A stretch of DNA of 34,649 nucleotides. Source: Chiloscyllium plagiosum. Its lineage: Eukaryota. The translations under genes were made by a program, and so were the position numbers. Positions 10,316-20,104 of this stretch are shown piece after piece (position 1 is the stretch's first letter; each line of letters begins with the position of its first letter). The notes beneath the pieces are model-generated. The model had not been told where the DNA came from. It searched no databases and saw nothing but the letters and a program-made list of their open reading frames with translations. The DNA lies in the NCBI RefSeq assembly GCF_004010195.1, contig NC_057754.1, positions 3,281,427 through 3,316,075 on the forward strand, in the 5' to 3' direction.

Positions 10316-11544
10316 TGGTGATTATTTTCCAGAGTTCAATAGATTCGGGGTCGGTTCCTGAGGATTGGAGGGTGGCTAATGTTATACCACTTTTTAAGAA
10401 AGGTGGGAGAGAGAAAGCAGGAAATTATAGACCAGATAGTCTGACCTCAGTGGTGGGAAAGATGCTGGAGTCTATTATAAAGGATGAAATTACGGCACAT
10501 CTGGATAGTAATAACAGGATAGGACAGAGTCAGCATGGATTTATGAAGGGGAAATCATGCTTGACTAATCTTCTTGAATTTTTTGAGGATGTAACTATGA
10601 AGTTGGACGAGGGAAATCCAGTAGATGTAGTGTACCTGGACTTTCAGAAAGCTTTTGATAAAGTCCCACANNNNNNNNNNNNNNNNNNNNNNNNNNNNNN
10701 NNNNNNNNNNNNNNNNNNNNNNNNNNNNNNNNNNNNNNNNNNNNNNNNNNNNNNNNNNNNNNNNNNNNNNNNNNNNNNNNNNNNNNNNNNNNNNNNNNNN
10801 NNNNNNNNNNNNNNNNNNNNNNNNNNNNNNNNNNNNNNNNNNNNNNNNNNNNNNNNNNNNNNNNNNNNNNNNNNNNNNNNNNNNNNNNNNNNNNNNNNNN
10901 NNNNNNNNNNNNNNNNNNNNNNNNNNNNNNNNNNNNNNNNNNNNNNNNNNNNNNNNNNNNNNNNNNNNNNNNNNNNNNNNNNNNNNNNNNNNNNNNNNNN
11001 NNNNNNNNNNNNNNNNNNNNNNNNNNNNNNNNNNNNNNNNNNNNNNNNNNNNNNNNNNNNNNNNNNNNNNNNNNNNNNNNNNNNNNNNNNNNNNNNNNNN
11101 NNNNNNNNNNNNNNNNNNNNNNNNNNNNNNNNNNNNNNNNNNNNNNNNNNNNNNNNNNNNNNNNNNNNNNNNNNNNNNNNNNNNNNNNNNNNNNNNNNNN
11201 NNNNNNNNNNNNNNNNNNNNNNNNNNNNNNNNNNNNNNNNNNNNNNNGATGGGGCTGATGGGTGAGTGCCGAACCAGCTTAAAAATATGGGGTAGACCAT
11301 TTAGGACAGAGATGAGGAGAAACGTCTTCACCCAGAGAGTGGTGGCTGTGTGGAATGCTCTGCCCCAGAGGGCAGTGGAGGCCCAGAGTTGGATAGAGCT
11401 CTCAAAGATAGTGGAATCAAGGGTTATGGAGATAAGGCAGGAAGAGGATCCTGATTAAGAATGATCAGCCATGATCATATTGAATGGCGGTGGAGGCTCG
11501 AAGGGCTGAATGGCCTACTCCAGCACCTATTGTCTATTGTCTAT
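10316..11544 (+). mobile_element. 5'-truncated CR1 (HER1-like) LINE, reverse-transcriptase region plus 3' UTR
   Basis: Open frame LVIIFQSSIDSGSVPEDWRVANVIPLFKKG...NYRP.SLTSVVGKMLE...QHGFMKGKSCLTNL...YLDFQKAFDKVP. After the gap: FRTEMRRNVFTQRVVAVWNALP. Tail GGGCTGAATGGCCTACTC..(CTATTGT)n. Confidence 0.95.
10671..11247. other. Assembly gap (577 N) inside the CR1 element
   Basis: N run. Confidence 0.99.
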
Positions 11545-12659
11545 GAAGGGCTTTTGCCCGAAACGTCGATTTCGAAGCTCCTTCGATGCTGCCTGAACTG
11601 CTGTGCTCTTCCAGCACCTCTAATCCAGAATCTCCCTGGCACCCTGCACTCTGAGAGCACACCCATTCAGCCTTACCCTCTACCCCCGCGTCCAGCAGCT
11701 GCTGTCCAATCGCACCAGCTCAGCTGATCGACTTGGAAGGCGTCAGCAGGTCAATGCGGCATTGGGGGCACCCTCCCACACACCTTTGCAAGGCTGGAAA
11801 GGAGCATGGGCAGGAGCACGTGCACGGGAAAGGGATGGAAATCCTAGCCAGAGGATTCCCTCGCGGTCCGGCATCGGAATGTATCGAGATCAGTGCTGCA
11901 GATGTGTGAAGTCATTCATCCGAGGAAGCCTAGAAAGGGACAGTGAGATTCCGTCTGTGGCCTTGATGCTGTGGCTTCATACCAGCGGCAGTTCACTGCA
12001 GCTGTTGACACACGAGCCCTACTGTGTACAAATTTTGGCTTTTCTATTATCCTTCCAGGAGTTCAAAAGCCTCTTTGCTGCTTTGCCAAATGTGCTTTCA
12101 ATTAGATCCTTTCCCTTGTCCTGTCCTCAGAGCAGCAACGCAGCTCGGTTCACCTAGGAGGGTAAACAGACGAAACTGCCTTGTGCTCCCTTCCCTTGTT
12201 GCTACTACTCAGAAGGTGGCTGTTCAGCCCTCTGGCCTGTGCAGGCTCTCTCGCGTGGCTTGTCTCTGCGCTCTGCCTCAGTCCTCCCACCTCCCCTTTC
12301 CCCAGTGCCCTGCAACTTCTTTAATGTCTCAGGGAATGAAAACTCCACTTCCTGCTCTCTCGGCGAGCACAACCCAGCTCATTACCGAGTCCCAGGTCAA
12401 AACACAACCCTATTCACCTGCCATCGCTGCCAAACATTTCAAATCCATGCGCGCCTGTTCTTTCATTTCTCCTGATCTACTGTGTCTAGATCTCTCAGTT
12501 TCTTGAACGCCTTAAATCTCCTCTGGATCTTCTCGTTCCCAAGACAGAGGGTCCCCAATCTCCAATCACTCCACATAATTCCAGTCTCTTGTTCCTTGGA
12601 GACATGGGAAGAAAAGCCGTTTTGTTTCCCACCCGCTCCCCGACACGGACGCAGAATGA

Positions 12660-12795
12660 GCTCTGATTGCCCAATCATGATCTCACGCCTGCTTGTGGGA
12701 TCTTGCTGTGCGCATGTTGGATTTCCTGCGGGAAGACAGTTGCTCCACTTCACAAAACATGGTGCGAGATCCTGGGGTGGCAAAAGGCACTATTG
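12660..12795 (+). mobile_element. Decayed Deu-domain SINE 3' part
   Basis: TTGTGGGATCTTGCTGTGCGCATGTTGG...TTTCCTGC...CACTTCA...AAAGGCACTAT. Confidence 0.55.
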
Positions 12796-12894
12796 GAAGG
12801 CGGCTGGCTTCTTGGGACCTCGGGATGAGCTTCTAGCCTCATACCCGTGCTGCCGCAGAGGGTGGTCATGTCCCCACTTTTGCCACTCCCACCC

Positions 12895-13200
12895 AAGCTC
12901 AGGGTCATGTTTGCCAACAGAGCGTCACTGTTCTGCAATAGCGGTCATCTAGACTGTGTTTAGTCTTTGTGAGCTTTGAGAAGATTTGTAGCTCAGGTTG
13001 AGGTTCTGGATGTAGGTTTGCTCGCTGAGCTGCAAGGTTCGTTTAGTCTCCCCAAAATCGAGGAGGCCATGTTGTGAGCAGCAAATACAGATGACTAGAT
13101 TGAGTGAAGTACAGGTAAATCACTCCTTCCCCTGGAAGGTGTGCCTGGACCCTTGGGTGGTGAGGAGGTAAACAGGCAGGTGCTTCTGCGATTGCAAGGG
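12895..13200 (-). pseudogene. Penelope-like GIY-YIG endonuclease coding remnant (split by a 74-bp insert)
   Basis: Minus-strand translation TQGSRHTFQGKE*FTCTSLNLVICICCSQHGLLDFGETK, then after the insert HSLDDR.AEQ*RSVGKHDPEL (one frameshift). Fits the PLE motif FTC.S.N(L/V)VY.I.C..C...YIGET.R.L..RF.EH. Confidence 0.8.
12967..13040 (-). mobile_element. Short retroelement 3'-end insertion (probably a second PLE family) with 9-bp TSD
   Basis: GTTTAGTCT is duplicated at 12958-12966 and 13041-13049. The insert reads CAGCTCAGCGAGCAAACCTACATCCAGAACCTCAACCTGAGCTACAAATCTTCTC on the minus strand. Confidence 0.75.
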
Positions 13201-13204
13201 CTGG

Positions 13205-13320
13205 CACTGTGGCTGGTTTTGTGATGCCGACAGCGTGGGTTCAATTCCCGCACCGGCTGAGTTACCATGAAGGACTCTCCTTCTCAACGTCATCCCTCAC
13301 CTGAGGCACGGTGACCCTCT
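13205..13320 (+). mobile_element. tRNA-derived SINE 5' fragment
   Basis: B box GGTTCAATTCCC at 13238-13249, followed by the SINE body. Confidence 0.6.
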
Positions 13321-13910
13321 CTCATTCATCGGTGGTCCTTCACAGACGAGGCTGACTCTCTCCCACTCTCAGGGGGAGTCTGTAGGTAGTTGTACAGACT
13401 GATGAGGTTTCCACAGGCTCTGTTACACTTGGGACAGGTGGTGGTCGTGGGAAGGACATTAGTGGGGCAGTGTGCTTCCCACACCTGACATCCGCTTTTT
13501 CCCAACAGCACGGCTCACAGTGCTTAACACCTTAGAGTCACAGAGATGTACAGCACGGAAACAGACCCTTCGGTCCAACCCGTCCATGCCGACCAGATAT
13601 CCCAACCCAATCTAGTCTCACTTGCCAGCAACCGGCCCATATTCCTCTCAAACCTTCCTATTCATATACCCATCCAAATGCCTTTTAAATGCTGCAATTC
13701 TCCTTCCCGGATGCACCTCCTCCACTTTGGACGGTCTTGGCCCAGTGATTCCCAGGTGTCTGTGGGAATGCTGCACTTGCCCAGTGAGGCCTGGAGGGTA
13801 TCCCTGAGGAACTTCCTCTGTCTACCTGGGGCTCCCCTCAGTTTCAGAGCTGGGAGTGGAGCACCTGCTTGAGGAATCTCATGTTGGTCATGCCTAGCCA
13901 CCTCACTGCC
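13321..13910 (-). mobile_element. RTE-clade LINE 3' fragment interrupted by a CR1 3' end
   Basis: RFLKQVLHSQL, GRQRKFLRDTLQASLGKCSIPTDTWESLGQDRPKWRRCIREG. The 3' end at 13321-13390 matches the tail of the 8073-8700 copy. Confidence 0.8.
13532..13699 (-). mobile_element. CR1/HER1 LINE 3' end nested in the RTE
   Basis: AGAGTCACAGAGATGTACAGCACGGAAACAGACCCTTCGGTCCAA on + (the tail shared with HE1 SINEs); similar to the copy starting at 31708. Confidence 0.8.
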
Positions 13911-14619
13911 CCATGGTCCCCGAGAACTCTGGTGACCTTATCTCCTTTCCTGAGCAGGACACAGCACACAGACAAGGATCGTTCAGCAGGGAAAATGTGC
14001 AAATTCTTGCCACCATTTTGTTTCATCTCCAGTACATTGATTTCTGAGTATCACAGCTTTTTTTTTTAAACAGTGTCTCTCCCCATTTCTGTAACACCCT
14101 CGGTTTAAAACAAAGGCTTAAGCTTTCTGAGCTAGTATCACCTCCGCCTGTCCGGACAGCAGTCATAGTGTGTTACTTTGTTGGCTCAGGTACCTGCTTT
14201 CAAATGTTCATGCCTGCAGACTGAGGGTCAGGTTTCAAATGGCTAACCACGTCTCTGCCCGGGAGGAACAATGTGAATGGAGGGTGAAAGGGAAGGGTCT
14301 CACACTGGTTATCCCTGCTAGCAGGAACAGGAAACAGGACCAGCATACATTAAAATGATGGTTCTTCACAAACGTTAGGACTCAATCGCTCCATGTGCCC
14401 AATCCATCTGGGGAACCAGCCGCTATTTAAAAACTGGTCAAACTATCTTGCCATGTTGAGATCGCTGCCCTCCTTCCAGCTCTGGTCCAATCTCCTTTAC
14501 TCCATCAGGGGCTCTAACGTCCAGAGCTCTGTTCCTCCACCTCCACCTCTCTCTCTCCCCACTCCATCGAGGGCACTCCATCAAGCTGAAATCTTTCGGT
14601 CACCTGTCCCTAATATCCC

Positions 14620-14935
14620 ACATGAATCAGCAGCAGGGGACCATTCAGCCCATCGAGGCTGCTCAATAAGCTCACAGCTCAATAACCACAAATCTACAAT
14701 CCAGGCTACACCTGGGTATCTTCCAAACCCTTACCCAACAACAATGTCAACTTTCTGCCTTCAAAATATTCAAGCTCTGAGGATTCAGTCTTCGGTGAGG
14801 ATGAAAAATTATCTCAGCTCTGTTTTAAAGGGACGACCTGTTACTTAAAAATACTGAGTCCAAGTGCTCGATTCTCCCCACAAGAGGAAACATCCTCTCC
14901 ATTTCAAGACCCCTCAGGATTGTATACCTTTTATT
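14620..14935 (-). mobile_element. Decayed CR1 LINE 3' region
   Basis: CCATTCAGCCCATCGAG...GATTCTCCCCACAAGAGGAAACATCCTCTCC..TCAAGACCCCTCAGGAT on +. Confidence 0.6.
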
Positions 14936-15941
14936 CTGCGAAACACCTCAACACAATCAGTACAGGTCTGTGGCTGAGAACCATCTCATGAAGTACTTTG
15001 TCTGCTTTACCATAGAGGTGATGCTATATGACACATGAACAGTGTGCCGCACTGTCGGAGAGTCAGTGCTGATGGAGCGGCACACAGTCTAAGGATCAAT
15101 GCTGAGGGAGTGCTGCACTGTTGGAGGGTCAGCACTGAGGGAGTGCTGCACTGTCGGAGGATCAGCTCTGAGGGAGTGCTGCACTGTAGGAGGGTCAGCA
15201 CTGAGGGAGTGCTGCACTGTAGGAGAGTCAGCACTGAGGGAGTGCTGCACTGTCGGAGGGTCAGCTCTGAGGGAGTGCTGCACTGTCGGAGGGTCAGCTC
15301 TGAGGGAGTGCTGCACTGTAGGAGGGTCAGCACTGAGGGAGTGCTGCACTGTAGGAGGGTCAGCACTGAGGGAGTGCTGCACTGTCGGAGGGTCAGCTCT
15401 GAGGGAGTGCTGCACTGTAGGAGGGTCAGCACTGAGGGAGTGCTGCACTGTCGGAGGGTCAGCTCTGAGGGAGTGCCGCACTGTAGGAGGGTCAGCACTG
15501 AGGGAGTGCCGCACTGTAGGAGTGTCAGCACTGAGGGAGTGCTGCACTATCGGAGGGTCAGCTCTGAGGGAGTGCCGCACTGTAGGAGGGTCTGCACTGA
15601 GGGAGTGCTGCACTGTCGGAGTGTCAGCTTTGAGGGAGTGCCACATTGTAGGACGGTCAGCACTGAGGGAGTGCCGCACTGTAGGAGGGTCAGCTCTGAG
15701 GGAGTGCCGCACTGTAGGAGGGTCAGCACTGAGGGAGTGCTGCACTGTCGGAGGATCAGCTCTGAGGGAGTGCCACACTGTAGGAGGGTCAGCACTGAGG
15801 GAGTGCCGCACTGTAGGAGGGTCAGCTCAGCACTGAGGGAGTGCCGCACTGTAGGAGGGTCAGCACTGAGGGAGTGCCACACTGTAGGAGGGTCAGCACT
15901 GAGGGAGTGCCGCACTGTAGGAGGGTCAGCACTGAGGGAGT

Positions 15942-16141
15942 AAGTGAGGTCTGCAGATGCTGGAGATCAAAGTTGAAACTTTATTGCTGGAACAGCACAG
16001 CAGGTCAGGCAGCATCCAGGGAACAGGAGATTCGACGTTTCGGGCACAGGCCTGAAGAAGGGCCTGTGCCCGAAACGTCGAATCTCCTGTTCCCTGGATG
16101 CTGCCTGACCTGCTGTGCTGTTCCAGCAATAAAGTTTCAAC
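15942..16141. mobile_element. Young fold-back PLE: perfect 81-bp inverted repeat with 8-nt loop
   Basis: 15972-16052 is the exact reverse complement of 16061-16141. CAGCACTGAGGGAGT is duplicated at 15927-15941 and 16141-16155. Confidence 0.92.
16052..16083 (+). ncRNA. Minimal hammerhead ribozyme core with conserved nucleotides intact
   Basis: CTGAAGA-a-GGGC ctgt GCCC-GAAA-CGTC-gaat. Stem III is the palindrome ACGT and the triplet is GUC. The 5' strand of stem I (attc in the 6082 copy) is replaced by the inverted arm. Confidence 0.75.
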
Positions 16142-16544
16142 AGCACTGAGGGAGTGCCACACTGTAGGACGGTCAGCACTGAGGAAGTGCCGCACTGTAG
16201 GAGGGTCAGCTCTGATGGAGTGCCGCACTGTAGGAGGGTCAGCACTGAGGGAGTGCCGCACTGTAGGAGGGTCAGCTCTGAGGGAGTGCCGCACTGTAGG
16301 AGGGTCAGCTCTGAGGGAGTGCTGCACTGTCGGAGGGTCAGCTCTGAGGGAGTGCCGCACTGTAGGAGGGTCAGCACTGAGGGAGTGCCGCACTGTAGGA
16401 GGGTCAGCACTGAGGGAGCGCTGCACTGTGAGAGGGTCAGTACTGAGGGATTGGGCAATGTCGGAGGGTCAGTGCTGATAGAGCACCGCACTGTGGGAGG
16501 GTCAACGCCAAAGGAGTGCCAGTGCTGCACTGTCAGAGGGTCAG

Positions 16545-16810
16545 AACTAAGACATGTAAGCCAAACCCCCATCTGCCTTTCTAAATGGGTGTTAAATCCC
16601 ACAGCTGTAATTTGTAAGAAGAGCCCAGTGGTTGGGGTGGGGCTTTTCCCAGTGTCCCACAGGAGGCATGAACTTCACTGAGAGGAAACGTTGCAGTGGG
16701 TCATGATCACATTGCAGTCTGTGCGATGTTGCTGTGTGTAAATTGGCTGCTACCTTTTCTATATTATAATAACACGATTCTGCTACCTTTTCTATATTAT
16801 AATAACACGA
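16545..16810 (+). mobile_element. Deu-domain SINE remnant continuing directly from the minisatellite, ending in an exact 31-bp duplication
   Basis: CCCCATCTGCC..AAATCCCACAGC..AAGAAGAGC..CCAGTGTCC..ATCACATTGC..TTGCTGTGTGTAAATTGGCTGC. CTGCTACCTTTTCTATATTATAATAACACGA occurs at 16747 and 16780. Confidence 0.7.
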
Positions 16811-18504
16811 GACCATCACACTCCTGACTCATGTCTTGTAGAGGATGGACAGGCTTTGGGGAGTCAGGGTGGGAGAGGATTCCCAGCCTCTGACCTGATG
16901 ATTTACACGGCTGGTCCAGCTCAGTCTCTGATCTATGGTAGCTCCCAGAACATCGATGCTGTTATGGTAAAATTGAGCTGCAGTGGAGATACCCAACAGG
17001 TACAATTTTTGGACAGGAAGTTGATCAGAGGAACCCAGCTTCTGTTTGGTTAATCTGCACCGTCTGAATTCAACCAGTCAGGAGGGTCCCGATAAGAGAG
17101 TGTGGTTGCTTTGCAGGAAACTGTTAGAAATGAGTGCCATCTCTCTTTGCTCTCATAGGCTAACGCTCTGTGGGATAAAGTGTAAGGCTCACTGCACATT
17201 CATCATATTGTGGGTGACTGTGACTGAAATTGAATTGCTTGGCTTTCACTGAGAAAGAGTAATCCTATACCTATTTAATCCCCATGAAGGAGAGTCCTTT
17301 AGACTAATGGGATAATCAAAGTGCACACACTTAACCCTGAGTTAAGGTGAGGCCTGTTCACAGAGCTTTGCTGGCTGAACCTGGTGTTGTTTCAGGCTCC
17401 TCGAAAACAAACAGAAAGCAGCGACACCACGGTGCACACTGTACTGACAAACAACAGGCCACTTTCAGAAGGAAGCGACTGCACTGGAGAGAGTGCAGAG
17501 AGGCTTAGGAGAAAGGTTCCAGAGGTGAGAAACTTCTGCTCAGAGCCACATTCCGTCCCAGTGTTTCCTGCTGCTGGCAGGGACGTCTGGGCCTGGAATA
17601 CTCACTGATTGGTGTGCATGGACCCCCTGACAATGCCCAACCCACTCCCCACACCGGGGAAATGCCTCACAGGGATGGGACTGGCGCTATCGACAGAACC
17701 ACGCACCCCCCCGCCCTCTCACCAACTCCCTCAGAACTACTCCCTTGGCTGGAAGGCAGAGTGGGACGTCCTGAGGCTACAGAAATGCACCCCTGCTCTG
17801 CCTGGCACCTGTCCCGCAGGATGCAGGGAAGTGGGAGGTGCCTGGACCAAGGATCTCACTGTCACTGTTCATCATTGCCCCTCCTCACCCCCCAGTGCAC
17901 CCCACCTCAGGTGACGTAACCCCTCCTTCTTGCCAGCTCTGTCTGTCGAACCTGCCTTGATATATCGGCAGAGAGAAAGATCGTAACTAAACTTGTGTGG
18001 AGATGATAGTTCACTGAATTGGAGTGCGGGTCTATAAGCTCCCCCGAATAGACCCTCCCCTCCAATCCGGACTGTACGGCAATCACACTTTGGATGAAGA
18101 GAAGCTTTCAGCCAAATTAAACTGGGCCCTGGCTGCCTTTATCAAGTCAATATCTAGATGTCGAATTCTGGTTCACTTCCCGATTCCTGAAAGCATGACA
18201 ATGGGTAGCTGGCTGTAAAGTGATTAGCCGATAAGACTGCATATCTCTGTCAATCCACCCAAAACACTCCAGTAACTTAAACGGTGAAAGACCACACTGG
18301 TCCTTTCAGATAATGAAGAAACTCAACTGCACCAGGGGCAAAACAATGATGTAGTGGGAACACCCACAAGCCCCCTGGGTAATTCATTGGTTCAAACCCT
18401 CAGCACGCCAGCTGGCTGTGTTCAAACAAAAACAATCAATGTTTAAACCAAGTCAGCAACTGAAAGGCAGGCCTCAGTAATGGTCCTGAAGGGATCAGTG
18501 AGGG

Positions 18505-18610
18505 ATTCTGAAGAAGAATTAACCCGACTGGAAATGTTAATTCTGTTTCTCTCTCCACGGATGCTTCCAGATCCTGCTGGGTTCCTCCAGCACTCTCTGT
18601 TTTTAGTTCA
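18505..18610 (+). mobile_element. Old PLE terminal fragment with decayed hammerhead
   Basis: att-CTGAAGA-(stem II decayed)-GAAA-TGTT-aat at 18505-18541, followed by TCTCTCCACGGATGCTTCCAGATCCTGCTG, similar to the other PLE arms. Confidence 0.6.
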
Positions 18611-18729
18611 GTGACGATAACTCGATTGTCGTTTTTAAAAATTGCCTTTTAGTGAAGGAAATCTGCCATCCTTATCGAATCTGGTCCATCTAAGATCAAG
18701 AGAGGGTCTGGCAGCAGCTGTGGAGAGGG

Positions 18730-19067
18730 CGGGTGACGGCCTAGTGGAATTATCGCCGGACTGTTATTCCAGAGACCAAGGTAATGTTCTGGGAACCCAG
18801 ATTCAAATTCCATCACGGCAGATGCTGGAATTTGAATCCAATAAAAATCTGGGATTTAAAAGTTTAATGACAACCATGAATCCATTGTCAATTGTCAATT
18901 GTCGGAAAAACCCATCTGGGTCACTAATGTCCTTTGCAGAAGGAAGCTGCCATCCTTACCTGGTCTGGCCTACATGTGACTCCAGACCCACAGCAACGTG
19001 GTAGACTCGTAACTGCCCTCAGAAATGGCTGAACAAGCCACCCAGCTCAAGGGGCAATTAGGGATGG
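18730..19067 (+). mobile_element. tRNA-derived SINE with CR1-group LINE tail
   Basis: A-box-like CGGCCTAGTGG and B-box-like AGATTCAAATTCC. Body CCCATCTGGGTCACTAATGTCCTTT..CCTTACCTGGTCTGGCCTACATGTGACTCCAGACCCACAGC. Tail GGGCAATTAGGGATGG is shared with ~9986. Confidence 0.8.
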
Positions 19068-19080
19068 ACCTTGCCACTCT

Positions 19081-19548
19081 ATTTATTTCTTCAGAGGATG
19101 TGGACAACGCTGGTGAGGCTGGGGTTTCTGGTAAGTGAGTATTTATCACCCATCTCTAATTGCCCCTTGAGCTGGGTGGCTTCCTTCTCGAAACTGCTGC
19201 AGTCCATGTGGTGTACAGACACCCGCAGTCAGGAGGGAATCCCAGAATTATGACCCAGCGACAGTGTAAGAACGGCGATATATTTCCAAGTTGGGATGGT
19301 GAATTGCTCGGAGGGAAACATGCACTGGATGGTGTTCCCATGTATCTGCTGTCTTTATCTTTTTAGTAGTGGTCGTGGGTTTGGAAGATACTGTCTAAGG
19401 AGTCTTGGGGCACCTAGTAGATGGTACACACTGCTGCTACCATGCATCAATGTTGGAGGGAGTGAATGCTCATCAGTGTGGTGCCAATCGAGTGGGGGCT
19501 GCTTTATCCTGGATGGTGTCGAGCTTCTTGAGTGTTGTTGGAGCTGCA
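19081..19548 (-). mobile_element. CR1-group LINE 3' fragment (same family as 8770-10055)
   Basis: Minus strand encodes AAPTTLKKLDTIQDKAA. Tail GGGCAATTAGAGATGGGTGATAAAT on the minus strand at ~19141-19165. Confidence 0.75.
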
Positions 19549-19834
19549 GGGTTGAAAGGTGCTACAGAAGTGTCATGTACTGAGTGGGTGTCAAAGCTGG
19601 GACCCAAGGGCTGACCCAGGTACAGCTAAGTCCAGGAAGACCCAGAGGAAAGTGAACTTGGCCAAAACAAGATGCAACCAGAGCTGACTGCGCAGCCAGA
19701 ATGGTGACTTTCCCAGCACAGGACGCTTACGAATGCCACAGGACAGTTCCCAGCTCAGAGCCCAGGGGACAGTCGCAGGAAATTACTCATCAGCATTTGT
19801 CAAAATACCCACCCTGCAGTCTTCAAATGATCAA

Positions 19835-20092
19835 CTTTTACATAAAGGATGTGCATTTCTCTAGTGCCTCCACTAAGCTTCCCAGACAGAGAGGTTTTTA
19901 TTCAAGGGCACACACTGTTGTAGAGTCGGAGAAGCATGGGCCAATTTGCCTACAGCAAGCTCCAGCACACAGCCAGATGCTCCATTTCTCTATCAGTGAT
20001 GTTTACTGAGGGCTACGGATCAGCCAATGGAGACAGGGTAGAACCCTCCACACCCACACCCACTCTTCTTCTAAACGCAGCCAAGGACCATT
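19835..20092 (-). mobile_element. Deu-domain SINE 3' remnant abutting the minisatellite
   Basis: + strand TGCATTTCTCTAGTGCC..GCCAATTTGCCTACAGCAAGCTCC..AGTGATGTTTACTGAGGG..GACAGGGTAGAAC..CTCTTCTTCTAAA..GCCAAGGA. Confidence 0.6.
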
Positions 20093-20104
20093 CCCATAAA
20101 CGCT

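Larger units (their letters stand above)
10196..11633. mobile_element. Fold-back PLE (88-bp inverted arms) interrupted at its centre by a CR1 LINE
   Basis: Arms at 10228-10315 and 11546-11633 differ by 4 mismatches. ATCTCCCT is duplicated at 10188-10195 and 11630-11637. Confidence 0.85.
15042..16545. repeat. 33-bp minisatellite GTCAGCACTGAGGGAGTGCTGCACTGTAGGAGG (reverse complement of the 2816 family) with variant units
   Basis: 33-bp period with GCAC/GCTC, TGC/CGC and TAG/TCG variants; interrupted at 15942-16140. Confidence 0.96.

Noticed and set aside
10216..11265. 349-aa ORF as a functional PLE-CR1 fusion protein
   Set aside because: The N-terminus is non-coding PLE arm read in frame by chance, the RT is 5'-truncated, and most of the length is N.
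12059..12160. + strand exon candidate faintly like a DNAJC4 N-terminus (LLLCQMCFQ...)
   Set aside because: Opposite strand to the DNAJC4 exon on the same contig, and the similarity is too weak.
15007..16681. Repetitive HCRRVSTEG / ALRECCTVGG ORFs resembling zinc-finger or Cys-rich proteins (also 20305-20832, 24144-26043)
   Set aside because: These are translations of the 33-bp minisatellite on both strands, without C2H2 spacing.
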